A DNA stretch of 64,000 nucleotides, from assembly GCA_964016885.1 (NCBI GenBank), contig OZ024741.1:293570001-293634000 (forward strand), in the 5' to 3' direction. The notes beneath the pieces were generated by a model. It was not told the DNA's origin and ran no database searches. It saw only the letters and a list, made by a program, of their open reading frames with translations. Both the position numbers and the translations under genes were made by a program. Shown piece after piece: positions 41,175-56,636 of this stretch (its first letter is position 1; each line of letters opens with the position of its first letter). The stretch is from Eledone cirrhosa. Lineage: Eukaryota.

Positions 41175-41640
41175 GTTGTTTTTAATGTTGACACTGTCAT
41201 TGTTGTTGTTAATGTTGACACTGTCATTGTTGTTGTAATGTTGACACTGTCATTGTTGTTGTAATGTTGACACTGTCATTGTTGTTGTTAATGTTGACAC
41301 TGTCATTGTCGTTGTAATGTTGACACTGTCATTGTTGTTAATGTTGACGATGTCATTGTTGTTAATGTTGACACTGTCATTGTTGTTGTTAATGTTGGCA
41401 CTGTCATTGTTGTTAATGTTGACACTGTCATTGTTGTTGTTAATGTTGGCACTGTCATTGTTGTTAATGTTGACGATGTCATTGTTGTTGCAATGTTGAC
41501 ACTGTCATTGTTGTTGTTAATGTTGACACTGTCATTGTTGTTGTTGTTAATGTTGACGATGTCATTGTTGTTAATGTTGACTCTGTCATTGTTGTTAATG
41601 TTGACACTGTCATTGTTGTTAATGTTGACTCATTTTTATG
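41175..41640. repeat. 24-30 bp minisatellite AATGTTGACACTGTCATT(GTT)n, roughly 18 copies, decaying into (GTT)-rich sequence
   Basis: Direct inspection. Confidence 0.93.
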
Positions 41641-42320
41641 AATGTTGATGATGTCATAGTTGTAGATATTAATGCTGTTGTTGATGTTGATGCTGTCGTT
41701 GTTGTTGATGTTAATGCTGTAGTTGTAGTTCTTATTAATGGTGTTGCTGCTGTCCTTGTTGCTGTTGATGCTGCTGTTGTAGTTTTGAAGTTTGGTCATA
41801 TAGTAGATATTATTCAGGTGTTGTTTATTTGGCAGGGGGCGATAGGACTGTTGTTGTTTGTTGCTGCTGCTGTTGTTGTTTCTTTTTTATTGTTGGAACT
41901 TCTAAATAATTTCCCCCTCTTCATCCTTTCCCTGTTTCTGACAACTTGATAAGTTATCTTGCCTATTTTTATTTTATAGATTTTTTTATGACTTTCATTT
42001 ATGTTTTATTGTTTTTGAAATCCACACAAAATGAGAGGATGAATTGAATTGTTTTGTTTTGATTTTTTTCTGTGTATATGTGTATGAGTGTGTGTGACAG
42101 ATGAGAGAGCAACGGTAGGGAGGCATACATTTTGTTTTACTTTTATTTTTGCCAGTTTTATTTCTTTTATATTTTACTGTTGATTTTCCTTTTTTTTTCT
42201 CAGGACAGGCCAACATTTCACTCCTTATACACAGCAATACACACACACATTCATACATTTGTATTTACATGCAAACGTGTGTGTTTAGATGTGTATAGAC
42301 ACATACACTCATATATATAT

Positions 42321-42510
42321 CATTATTTAATAGAACTAGAACTACTTCAGTTGTATGAAATCATCAGGAATATCTTGATTATTCCACATAAATAAAACAG
42401 TCTAGTCCTGTAGAAGCTATTTCTATATTGAATAATGATATTTGCACTCTAGGAATGTATTGAGTACCTTTTCAACTTTGGTTAACCCCAATTTCACTCA
42501 GGATCTACAT
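42321..42510. mobile_element. Decayed fold-back element of the same family as 61625-61903
   Basis: Shares CTAGAACT..TTCA..AATCATCAGGAA (inverted arm), ACAGTCTAGTCCTGTAGAAGC.ATTTCTATATT and the ..TATTGAGTACCTT..CAGGAT tail. Confidence 0.75.
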
Positions 42511-42897
42511 ATTATATATATCTATATATAAACAAAGATATATATATGTAAATATTTATATATCATCATCATCATCACTATTTTATGTCCATTTTTCCAT
42601 GTTAGCATGGGTTAGACGAGTTGTCCTATGTCAAGTGACCATGTCTTACTCATACAGAACTGATTTTGGCTTGGTTTCTACAACTGGATTCCCTTCCTAT
42701 GTCACCCTCATTTATAGTGAGTACTGGGTGCTTTTTGCCTTGACACCTATACAACAACTTTACAGTGTGGACTGGGTGCTTTTTATATAATGTCCAGCAT
42801 TTACCAAGGTGGCTCAATGAATAAATCAGTGTTGTAAATTCATAAATGAAAAAGTCAGTAGGAAAAAATCATAAGAATTTAACTGTACTTTCTTTAA

Positions 42898-43118
42898 CCC
42901 TTTAGCATTTAAACCGGCCATGCCCGGCCAGAGTTCTCTCACCTTTTTCTGTTCAAACCGGTCATAATTGGCTGCTCATACTAATGTTAAGGTGTTGTTC
43001 TCAAAATAAATAATATCAAAATCTCATATTTTCAATATTATGTGAGATAATTATGTAAAGTAAAGCATTTTCTGTGAAAATAGAATAGTAAATATAGAGT
43101 AATGGGAATGCTAAAGGG
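42898..43118. mobile_element. piggyBac-like MITE (221 bp)
   Basis: TTAA TSDs; TIRs CCCTTTAGCATT / AATGCTAAAGGG. Confidence 0.88.
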
Positions 43119-43480
43119 TTAAATATACCAACTACAGTTTATTGTACAAGATTGCTTTCAGACATCCAAATAAGCCATGACATCCAATATTAAGCTAACT
43201 TTCTCTCAATAAATGATCACTACATATGATTTTTCAAATGGGATATCATTACATGGTTAGCAGCTGGTATTTACTCTTGGTCTTCTTCAGGTGCCTGTTG
43301 TATTCTGTAAGGTTCTTGACACATTTTGTATGTTGTACCCCCTGGAAGGTAGAATGGCTAAAATGTTGTGATTATAACAAACTAGATGGGATGATGAGTC
43401 TGAATAAATTAGTTTATAATAATGATTATATTTCTAATCTTAGAAATTCAGATGCTGCATACATACACATATATATAGAG

Positions 43481-43558
<78 letters not shown>

Positions 43559-43744
43559 ATCTTACATATATCTATCTTTTTCTATATATTAATTGTGTAT
43601 GGAGTGCATATATGTGTGTGCATGAATGTGTAAGTAAATATAATTGCACACTTAAACATGTCTTTGTGTATGAATTTATGTGCTAGAATAGACATATATA
43701 TAAGTATATGTATGCATGTACGTATACATGCATATATATATATA

Positions 43745-43803
<59 letters not shown>

Positions 43804-44057
43804 GTGTGTGTGTATGTGAGTTTCCAGAATAATATAGAATTAAGAAAATGTACATGTTACAATGCAGACATGAAAGCGCAGCCAAAAATAATGACCTCTT
43901 GGAGAATTCTTTGAAGACCAGCGATATTGTTGTTATTTCAAAAGTCTCTCTTTGCTCCTCTACATAAAACGAAGAATATAATCACTGTCACAGTACAAGA
44001 AGGATATTACATGGGTGTCTTCCATTAGATCATATTTATATGATTGTGTGTAGTGTG

Positions 44058-44094
<37 letters not shown>

Positions 44095-46153
44095 CATTTT
44101 ATATTCATCTTTCCATGCTTCGCATGGAATGAACTCCATGCATATGTATGTGTGTAAACATTCACATATGTATGTGCTTATGTCCATATGCTTATGTGCT
44201 AGTTTTAGTTGCATATAAATCTCACTATGATTGTTTTAAACTATGCCCCCAGTCCCTGGTGTTTCAGGATATTTGTCCATCATTAGTGATGTTTACACAC
44301 TCATTGCTGAGATAAGAATAAGCTTGATACATTATTAATCCCTTCAAATTCTTGTTTATTTTTCAAAATTCTTTTGAAAGTTAGCCATAGTTCATTTTTC
44401 ATTATATAGCTTATGTAAGGATGGTGGATTGGTAGTATTGGTAGAGCACCAAACAACATGCTTTGTGGTATAGAGTTATGGCCCTTTACATTTTGAGTTC
44501 AAATCCCACCAAGGTTAGCTTTGTCTTTCATTCATATGGAGGTAGATAAAATAAAGTACCAGTAATGCACTGGCATCAATTTAATCAACATCCCCTCCTC
44601 CAAATTGTTGGGCTTGTGCCTAAATCAGAAACTATTACATAGCTGGAGAAGTTTATTTACATAAGCAGGATTCAGAACCCTTGACCAGTTTGGGAGGTCA
44701 GTAACCCCACTTCTGTCACAACTCATCAAATTATAATCTAACATATGGCAATATTAGGTAATATAATTCTAGATACACTATGTCTGAAGGAAATAAGACA
44801 TCAAGGGTACTACTAGATACATTTGATCAGAAAAATGCTCAATCAGGGTTGACCTAAGGTGAAACAACAACTACAGCAACAACTCACCACTCTGTAGTCA
44901 TTTATTAAACTCCTGACAGTCATTAGAACATCAGATAGGGTGGTTTGTATTACTCATTCTGGCTCTCTGCTCTCTAGCTTCCTGCTGAGGTCAATAAAAA
45001 AGTACCTATTTAGTATTGGGGTCGATTTCTCCTCTTTATCTCTTTTTCCCTTCCTCTCTCTTTCTATCCTTCTCTGGAAGAAATCTGCTCTGCTCAGGCC
45101 TGAAGAGGGATGGGCTCCACTAGTTTAAAATGCCCAAGAATAGCTGTATGTCAATAGAGTGTCCCTAAGACTCCTTTAGAAGTCAGGGGACCATATCAAA
45201 TATAGAATAGACGTTTAAAAATATATTTTTACATTTTATTTGTTATATCCCCCCCCCCCCCCATAAATTAAAACAAATGATACACATCTTTAATCGATTT
45301 TCAGATCTTATTGGACTTTCATAAAAATCTTGTATATCATCCAGTCAACCACAAGGAAGCATTATTTGATGGGAGATTCACATTTTTCAGCATGTTTACA
45401 TGCCTGCATATTAGATATGTGTATATATTTATGCACATTGGTGCAGTGTCAGTTGCAAACTGTGTTGGTACAGATCTTATTATATATATATAGCACACAT
45501 CATATTATATATATAGCTTGGGTAAAAATATAACACTATTTTCATGAAGAGAGCTATTTAGGAGAGTTTCACTCTGTAAATGTGGTTGGTGTTAGGAAAG
45601 GCAACCAGCTGTAAAAACAGACATGTTCATCTGATCTGACTTGTCTCACAACAGGACAGCTTATCTAACCCATGCTAGCATGAAAATGGATGTTAAATGG
45701 TGATGATGATGATGATACACTCACACACACTTGCACATACAGATACACACACACACATTCACATACAAACACATACAAATGCAATAAAACCCTGAATGTA
45801 ATGCAATGTGCAGTGTTGCCTGTAATATTTATTATTTCCTACAGTTTATTAAATTTGAGATTTCAGTCTTTTGGCTGCTTATAGACAGCTTCTGTAGAGT
45901 GAAGTGAGGAAGAAGAAGAAGAGAAAAAAACTAGTAAATAAAGAAATAAACAATAAATAAAAAGTGCATAAGGCAAAGAAAAGTTGTGTAGGTGTCCATT
46001 TGAAAAAAATAGCGTATTTTAATATATATGCGTGCATGTATGTGTGTATGTATGTGAATGTATATTTGTGTAAGCAAATGTATATTTGGTAGCAGAGAGA
46101 GTGGACATTAAAATGACGATGATGATATGTGAGTGTGAGCGTTTATAAATATG

Positions 46154-46229
46154 CAGGGTGTCCCAAAAAATGTATACACACTTCAACAGCAGATAACTCA
46201 AATGTGTATACATTTTTAGGGACACCCTG
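46154..46229. mobile_element. 76-bp Tc1/mariner-type mini-MITE
   Basis: CAGGGTGTCCCAAAAAATGTATACACA ... TGTGTATACATTTTTAGGGACACCCTG; TA on the right, TG on the left. Confidence 0.8.
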
Positions 46230-46232
46230 TAT

Positions 46233-46267
<35 letters not shown>

Positions 46268-46772
46268 TGTTAAACACTCATACTCACATATCAGTGTCAT
46301 GTAACATCCATGTAAGGGTCATATCTCTCTCTCTCTCTCTCTCTCTAGTAAGAGTCATATCTCTCTCTCTCTATATATATATATAGGAGAGAGGAAGACT
46401 GAGCAAAATAATAAGCTTATGTGTCTGTATGAAGAAAATGTTTTTAAGATTGGATCTAAATAGAGATGTTTGTGTTTTTTGTGTTGGGTTCTGAAGGAAT
46501 ATTATTTGGTTTTTGTTTTGTGGTGCAGTTTGTAGTTCTGTGGAAGTGAAAGTCTTTGTCGTTTTTGAAGTCGGTACATCCTGGTTATATCATAGTAGGA
46601 TTGGTAAAATTCTTTTTGACGTCTGGTGCCTTCTCTCATTGACTTTCATCATTATTAGTGTCACCTGTTATTCATTTCATGCCTTATATATATATGAGTG
46701 TGTATATATCTGTGTGGGTGAGTATGTATATATGGGCATATTTGTATATATTGGTATAAATGTGTGTGTGTT

Positions 46773-46830
<58 letters not shown>

Positions 46831-46911
46831 AACACACAAACATTTGCACCAATATATACATACTCACCATATATACATACTCACCCACAAATATATATAT
46901 GAATATATATA

Positions 46912-46951
<40 letters not shown>

Positions 46952-49802
46952 TAAGTGTATATATATATAATGTATGTATATGTGTATCATGTATGTATAT
47001 ATGTATATATATGTATGCATATATATATATGTTTGTATATGTATGTGTGTATATATATATATAGATGTATGAATGTTTGCATATACATATATATATATAT
47101 AGGCTTTATTTTCTATTCATGTTGGTCATATTGGATGTGAAGTTGATGGAGTGGTTGCTCTATGATGGTATTTTTCTACTTCTGTTTTATATTTTATTTT
47201 TCTACATTTCTCTCGGATTCTTACATCTCACTGATCTCATGTTGTCTCATCTAAATCTCAATGCTAACTCCCTTACTCTCAGTCTTATTGCTGACACCAC
47301 AGTTGTTAGTCTAGCAAATCGTTGAGTCATGTATAATCTTATTTTTAATTTTGATATTCAATGTTCATTCAAATAATTACTTTTTCAACATTCTGAATAA
47401 AAAAAATATTAATTTATAACCAGCAGCAAAACTTTATTATTTTTCCAAACAAAAAAATTATATTAATAAATTAATAAATAAATAAAAATAATTTACCTGA
47501 AGGAATGGAAATTTTTTGTTTTTAAAGTTTTAAGATGTCATCATACCAACTCCAATGTGGCTGTGCATGTCAACCCTATTCATGTAAATAATGAACAGAA
47601 CAGGTGACAGTACGCACCCTTGTTCGTGTCCAACTCCCACTTTGAATGGCTTTGATTTAGCACTATTTATCCGAAAACACAAATACCTGGGCATTCATAT
47701 AGAGAAATGAGGGCAGCAAGGAGCTGACCATAAATCTCATACTCCTGCACAACATTCCACAGCAGTTCCAGAGAGAAGCAGTCATATACCTTTACAAGGT
47801 CTGCTATCTCCTGACTGACATGGGTATAATATAACAGCAACAATAACTAAAGATTATATACTAACAGACAATGTTTCTTTTTTGATATTTTTGATAACCA
47901 ATTCTTGACAGAATGATTGTGTGGTGGTGGTTCTGATTTAGATTGATTTTTTATGATTGTGTAGTGTGTGTGGCAGCATGGTTGTATGATGTGTGTCGTG
48001 TGTGTGTGCATCTGGGCTTGAAGTAGACCTTGGGAGGGCTGGGGCCCCTTTTGTGGTGGTGGTGGGGGCGGTCATACACAATAAATAAGAATATAGCAAA
48101 TCAGATTGGCACTAATAATTGGATTGAAAAGTTACACATACATGTATCAAATTAAAAAATCTAACCATCTTAAATCTAAAAAGCCTAGCAGTGGGCACAA
48201 ATAAATTGTTTTGGCCGTCACTCGTTAAGGACCCCACTGCTGGGGGCCCAGGCAAATTGCCCCTTTGTCCCCTATGAAATTTGGCCCTGGTGTGTATATG
48301 TGTGGCAGCATGGTTGTACGATGTGTGTGGCTTAGTGGTTGGAGCATTGAGCTCACAATCAGTTGTGAGTTCAAATCCTGGACTGGGGGGTACGCTGTGT
48401 TCCTGAACACAACACTTTATTTCACATTGCTACAGCTCACTCAGCTGTAGAAATGAATTGTGACATCACTAGTCCCAAGGGGTATTGGCCATTGCCTTTC
48501 TGTTGGACAACATCAGTGGCATGGAGAGGGGAGACTGGTATGCATGGATGAGTGCTGGTGATCCACATACACACCTTGCTCAGGCTTGTGCCTCAGAAGG
48601 GAATTTTCTAGTCTATCATGTGTGACAGCATGGTTTGGTAATATGGTATGAATGTAAGATTGACTCTTTATATGTTTATGTATATGGTTGGTTACATGTG
48701 AATATATGCTTGTATTTGTTTGTGTCTGTGTGTGTGTGCATGCCCATGTGGATGTTTTTGTACTTGTCTATGTATGTATATTGTCTATTTGCATGTGTAT
48801 GTGTGTGCCTGTGTGAGGGGATGCATGTAGGTATGTGTTTGTATTTGTTTTTATGATTGTTTGTGTATATTTATGTGTTTGTGTGTGTTTATTTGCCTGG
48901 TTGCATCTAAATGTGTGTGTTTATTGTGCGTATACATGTGAGTTAGAGTGTTTGTATGGATTTATATATTTGTATGTGTGTATATTTGTGCATATGGATT
49001 TGTGTGTTTGTTAATGTGTATTCATTTATTATAGTTTTGTGTATGTATGTGTATATGTAACATTGTGTATGTGAGTGTATATATGTGTATATAAGTTTGT
49101 TTGAACTTCATGTATATATATGTGTGTAAATTAATTGTTCTGTATGTATTCATGAGAGGGTAGTGCATATAAGTTTGTATGAGCTTTGTGTGTATATATA
49201 TATATGTGTGTAACCTAATTACTGTGTATGTATATATTAGAGTTTAGTGTGTATATGTGTCTATATAAATGTATGTATGAGGTTTATGTATGTATGTGTG
49301 TGTAAATTGTGTATGTATATATATGTGAATGTTTGTATGTATGTTTAACAGTTATTTTCATGACCATAATATTTACCAACATATCAATATTCCAACCATG
49401 CCTTAGTCTCCCAGAGAATTTATTTCTTTGGCAAATTTAGAAATGTCTTTTCAATTGAAATAGAAAATAATTCCAAAGACTTGGTTAATCAGGAATTTTG
49501 GAAACAACTTGATGTTTGTCTTTTAAAAACAATATTTATATTTTATATCTGTTTGTTCTGGAGCTGTGGTGATCAAATGGGAGACACGTGGCCCCCAGGG
49601 ATGGAATTTTAACCTAAGGAGGAATTTTACTGGCAGTGACTTGTCGCAGTGTTATAGCGACAGTCAAACTGCATTTCTTTCAAATAAACTATTCGAACAC
49701 TGCATTTCTGTTGAATTCTTTGTCAATGTTTGTTGCTTCTTGTTTTTTTTAATGTTCCTTATAAACATACACCCTGAGTATATATTCTTATAGGTTTTTT
49801 TA

Positions 49803-49875
49803 TACTGATGTATGTTATTCTTTGTTTTCTTTTCTAGGTAAGTGAATTAAAGATTTGCCATTAACAACGGTAAGA
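49803..49875 (+). promoter_or_regulatory. Candidate recursive splice site / 32-nt RS-exon
   Basis: Branch-like TACTGAT (49803), pyrimidine tract, TAG|GTAAGT at 49837/8, second donor CG|GTAAGA at 49869/70. Confidence 0.45.
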
Positions 49876-50655
49876 ATGTTCTATTTCATAATGATATATT
49901 TGTTTCTTCAGTGTAATTGTTTTTTTTGTTTGTTTTTTACAATGTTTCTGCTGTTTTACTAAACATACTGAAAACGATAAAGTTAACAGACTGGAAAAAA
50001 TATTTTCCTAAGTATTTCAAACAAGTTTGTCAAATTTTCCAATTAAAAAAAAAAGACACATGTCGTTAATTAATTGTTCACTCTTATTATATCAGTTCTT
50101 TATCACTTGGAGAGTCTCATTTCTTTTCCTGACTGCTTCACTGACTTGTTCATACAGTTTAGAAAAACAATGCGAATCTTCTATCAACACAATGTCTGTG
50201 TTTCTGTCATGTTGAGAATAAATATTGTTGAATAAAAATTAAATAAACCACAAAATCAAGTATGTCGGTGTGAGTGTGTGTCATTTACATGTTGAAAAGA
50301 TAGTTTTCTCTTTTTATACATGATACATGTATTATGAACACACATACAAATTATATATGTGACAGGCACTGTGTAAAAATCAGGTCGAATATTGAATACC
50401 TGGGAATTTTACAGAATGCCTAAAACTTCAGGGCAAAGTATTAAATGCATGTATTTTATTCTGACCTTATACACTTTACATAGGTAATCTACAGAATGTC
50501 TAGGCAATGTATACAGAGGATTATATTCTTTACATGCAAGCATAGAAAAGTGGACACAAAAACGATGATGATGGCATGACCTTGATGTTTAGACTTTCTG
50601 TAGAATGCTTAGGTATTCTATGCAATGGCGAGTTTTTCACTTTGCTGGTAACATA

Positions 50656-51549
<894 letters not shown>

Positions 51550-52019
51550 TAAACTAGCAGAAAATCGCCTGGAGATGATGTTTCTGTTACTTTTTATATA
51601 ATAATAATAATAATAATAATTGTTTCTACTTTAGGCATAAAGCCAGCAATTACCCAGTGCATTACTGGTACTTTATTTTATCGACCCCGTAAGGATGAAA
51701 GGCAAAGTCAACCTTGGCGGGATTTGAACTCAGATCGTAAAGGGACGTAACTATGCTGGAAAGCATCGCGTCCGACCCTCTACCGATACTGCCAATCCAC
51801 CGCCCTAATAATTGTTTCTACTTTAGGCCCAAGGCCAGCAATTACCCAGTGCATTACTGGTACTTTATTTTATCGACCCCGTAAGGATGAAAGGCAAAGT
51901 CAACCTCGATGGGATTTGAACTCAGATCGTAAAGGGACGTAACTATGCTGGAAAGCATGGCGTCCGACCCTCCACCGATACTGCCAATCCACCGCCTTTA
52001 TAATAATAATAATAATAAT

Positions 52020-52585
52020 TTAGTTTGCATAGATGCCAGTGGATCCCCCTGCCTATCACATCATGTCTCCAGCCTTTATAGTGAGTCTGGCCTAGGTGTT
52101 TACACTGGGTTACAATGTGAGTCACAGTCTCCTCTCTCTCTTCACAGATCCTACACAGTGAGCTAGCCTCCTACTTGTCAATATGGTGTTTCACCCACTT
52201 CGTTTTGAGGGCTTGCTCTTGTGCAGCCATTAGCATTCCTTCTGTAGCTTTTTTAAGGTCTCCTCTTTTTAACCAGTTCCACGTCTGTGGATCTCTAAAT
52301 TTCGTTTTCTTAAAGAAGGTGTTATGAAGGGAGTTTTCCTTGTTGTTATTTCCTCATAGGCGCACTAGGTACTATCTCAAAGAGTTTCCAAGGATGGTTA
52401 AAGAAGATTAGTCCAGCTCCGCTTTTTGGAACACTTCAAAAGGCATGCTTGCTGGGAACAGCAAGAACCCTCCGATACGTCCTGAATATCTGAGACTGCA
52501 GGTAGTGGCTTGATATTCATTTCAACAAACTTTCCAGTTAAATAACATCAATGACTGAGACTCAAAGAATAATAATAATAATAAT
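52020..52585. mobile_element. Dong/R4-type retrotransposon insertion with an inverted 5' segment
   Basis: Minus 52020-~52350: zinc knuckle ..HIVTQCKHL...YKGWRHD..GRGIHWHLCK. Plus ~52355-52585: IGALGTISK...LQKACLLGTARTLRYVLNI*, then (TAA)n. Confidence 0.75.
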
Positions 52586-52849
52586 TGTTTCTACGTTTGG
52601 CAGAAGGCCAGCAAGTACCCAGTGCATTACTGGTACTTTATTTTATCGACCTCGTAAGGATGAAAGGCAAAGTTAACCTCGGCGGGATTTGAACTCAGAA
52701 TGGCAAGGGCCATAACTCTATACGTCAAAGCATGGCATCCGGCCCTTTACCGATACTGCCAATCCACTGCCCTATAATAATAATAATAATAATAATAATT
52801 AAAATAGTTATAATGATAATAATTTAAAAAAAAATAATGATAACAGTTA

Positions 52850-53410
52850 CTTCATTAGCCACATAAGGCTTACATTATGGCGACCATAACGATGTGTAAA
52901 AGAAAGGTTTATAACAGAACTAAAAAAATATATATTTTGAAAAGCAAACAACAAAATCCGCAAAAGTGGAGATAAATCTGAGGGTCATTCACAGAGAAAG
53001 CCCACAAAATGCCATAGTAACTTTAACCAAGTGCTCCCTCCCTGTTGTCCTTCTCCCATCAACAGGCATATACTCCGAGCAAGCCCATTCACTCGGACCA
53101 TGCCTGGATCTCTCTTCCACCTTTCAACAAACTAGTTGGAAGGCAGCATTTCCCTCCATCCTGATTTTTCTCTTCAGTTGGAACCTGAAAAAGTTAATTA
53201 GGGCTTTGCCGAAGAGGAAAGTACTTGTATTCAACCCTTTCATATAAATCCACCACACAGCCTCTTTCGCCATGGACACCAGGCAGATAAAACTGCCTGT
53301 GCTTCCCCTCGAAAGGAAGAGAGAGAGGTGATCTTTACAATGGACTCAGTTGATAGTTTGATCCATCCCACATGTGACAGTAAGTGTTCGAAGTAAACTC
53401 ACAAGTCAGC
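52850..53410 (-). mobile_element. Possible L1/Tx1-like LINE 3' fragment
   Basis: Minus frame FICLVSMAKEAVWW...LINFFRFQLKRKIRME resembles the Tx1 ORF2 C-terminus; weak. Confidence 0.4.
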
Positions 53411-53693
53411 AATACTCAGCAGCAAACAAGACTAAAATGGGACACCAGGAAAGAAAATAAGGAAAGAAAAAAATCAACATGTTATCTTTAGTAAAAAGAA
53501 TGCTAGATAGATACAGAGAGACAAGAGAAAATGAGTGAGTGAGTGTCATGTTACTGCTGAACAAGGGACTGACTTTGTGTCTCCTCTGTTTTGATCTTGC
53601 CAAGGTTACATGATCTATCATCATATTTTAATTAACTGAAATTGCTATATCATAAGAATTCCAGACAATTTTTTCTCTTTATCTTTCTCTCTT

Positions 53694-54340
<647 letters not shown>

Positions 54341-55993
54341 ACACATTGTTTCTTCTCTTTCTCCCACTTTCTCTACCTCTCATAAATTATCTCTCTAGTT
54401 TCTCTCTTTCTTTCTCTCACTTTCAAGATATACAACTTGCTCCAAAATTATTTTATAGTCAAAATATTACAGTAATTTTTATACATATAATTAATCAAGC
54501 AATATTTATATACTTATTTGTTTTTCTTTGTATTTGTATCAATTTTAATTTTGTTTTGGCAATAATAATAACAATAATCTACAGGAAAACTATAATTATT
54601 TGAGTATTTTAACCAAAGCAATTTATAATGATCATGTATTAATTTGGAATGATTCAATGTATACTGTCATGTATGTTTGTTTGGGTGTAGTTTTTAGTAT
54701 TCCTTTGTGTGTTTGTCTCTCTGCAATTCAGTCTGTCTGTCTCTATGTCTTCCTGTATGATTGCATGTCTCTCTGTGTGTGTGCACTCCTCAGTTTGTAT
54801 GTCCATGTGTGGGTGACTCAGTCTCTCTGTGTGTATAACTCTATTTTTGTATTTTCATGTGTCTATTTGTGTATTTGTTTCATTCTGGTTATATGTAGGT
54901 CTGTGTCAGGCATATGACTACAACAACAATAGGATGCATTTATCAGCCTTGAATGCTTTTTCCACAGAACTTAAAACAGGTCCCGTAGAATGCAGTCATA
55001 TATCTTTTTGAGGTCGGCAAAACATACACCTCTTGGCAATACTCACATGATTTCTCGAATTGCTGGCACAGTGTTAATATTTACTTGGCTGTGCTACGTC
55101 CAGGGTGAAAGACATACTGTTCATCAGTTATTTTGAACTTGAAAATATCTCTACATCTCTTTGCCAGACAGCATAGGTTTTACCAACGAGGCTTAACAAG
55201 GAGATCCTTCTATACTTAGAACAATCTCTCTTGTTTCTTGTTTTGAAAATTGGGACTATTGCTCCCAATTGCCATTGCTGAGATGTCTTTCCAGAGATCC
55301 TGGCTATCTGGCAACATGTGTCAGCCAAAGATTACATCTTCTATTTAAGGTTTTTTAAATCTTGGACCAAAATTCATCCTTCCAGGAGGCCTTGCCACAT
55401 TTGATTGCTCTGGTGAATTCAATCCCTTCCAGATGCACCTCATGTACACCAGATGGTCAACAAAGTATTCCCTCCACCTCATGAGGCTGCACTTCTCTGA
55501 AGAGAGAAGAACCCCAGATGATTTCCTGATAGTGACTTATTATGAAGTCGATGAAGGGTCTGCCAAAGAACTTTATTTGCTGATCCAAAGTCAGATTCCA
55601 GCTTAAATCTAAAGTCTTCCTATGTCTTAACTTTGGATGGATTTACCGTTTCTATGTATGTGAAAAGTAAACAGAAAAACCATAACAGACAATGAAGATA
55701 TATATTAGTTTCATGCTTAATATAGTAGGAAAAGTTTTAATGTTTTGGATGCTTGTCCTTTATCAGAAATTAGAATGAGAAATTAAAGAAGAAATAGAAA
55801 GATAAAGGAGAGTAAGCAGTCACAGAAGTGTAAAAAAATAATTCGTGAAAAAGCAGGTCTGTTCATTTTGCTTCTCTTGGACACATATGTGTATATGCAT
55901 GTGTACATTTTGTTATATGGCTGTGATCTCACAGAAACTTGAAAGCCAGTTAGAATGTACTCTTGCATATTACTGATGGTTCTTAACATCAAT

Positions 55994-56295
55994 TCATCAT
56001 CATCATCATCATCATCATTGTTTAACGTCCATATTCCACGCTTGCATGGGTTTGGACGGGGGCTTTCCCACTTGAGGCAAGAGTGGTTGTCTTGCTCGCA
56101 TAGGACTGTCTGGCGGGTTTTCTACGGCTGGATGCCCTTCCTAACACCAACCATATTTACAGTGTGGAACTGGGAGGTTTTTACCGTGTTGCCTACACGG
56201 CCACATTGCAGCGTGGACTGTGTGTTTTTTGTCGTGACACCTACACGACCTCATTTGTTTTGGGCTGGATGTTGTGACACCACATAACTTTACAG
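55994..56295 (-). mobile_element. RTE 3'-UTR-only insertion
   Basis: Matches 30668-30975; (CAT)n tail. Similar short pieces at ~42565-42790(-), 45570-45715(+), 61910-62200(+). Confidence 0.88.
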
Positions 56296-56636
56296 ACAAA
56301 CCACTAGTACGAAAGTTAACTGAAAAGATAGCTCAGCAAAGATTGTGTTTAACAGGTCACTGTGTAATGAAAGAACTTTGATTAACTAGTAATAAAGATG
56401 AAGAGAAAGACTGAAAATCATATGGTGAGTGTATATTTTACGGGCAATACTGGCTACATGACAATCCTCAAATATAACATATATATATAGTGTGTGTGCG
56501 CGTGTGTCTCATTATCATTTAATGTCTGCTTCTCCTGCTAGCAAGGGTTGGATACATATGTGTTTGCGTATGTATGCATTCATGTATATCTCTATATATA
56601 TGTATACATACATCTCTCTCTCCCTCCTATATATAT

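Noticed and set aside
41175-41640. CRISPR-like array (palindromic repeat with spacers)
   Set aside because: Spacers are short (GTT)n runs rather than unique sequence; no cas genes; eukaryotic context.
49632-49671. Iron-responsive element (CAGTGT loop)
   Set aside because: The five bases flanking CAGTGT do not pair as an IRE upper stem requires.
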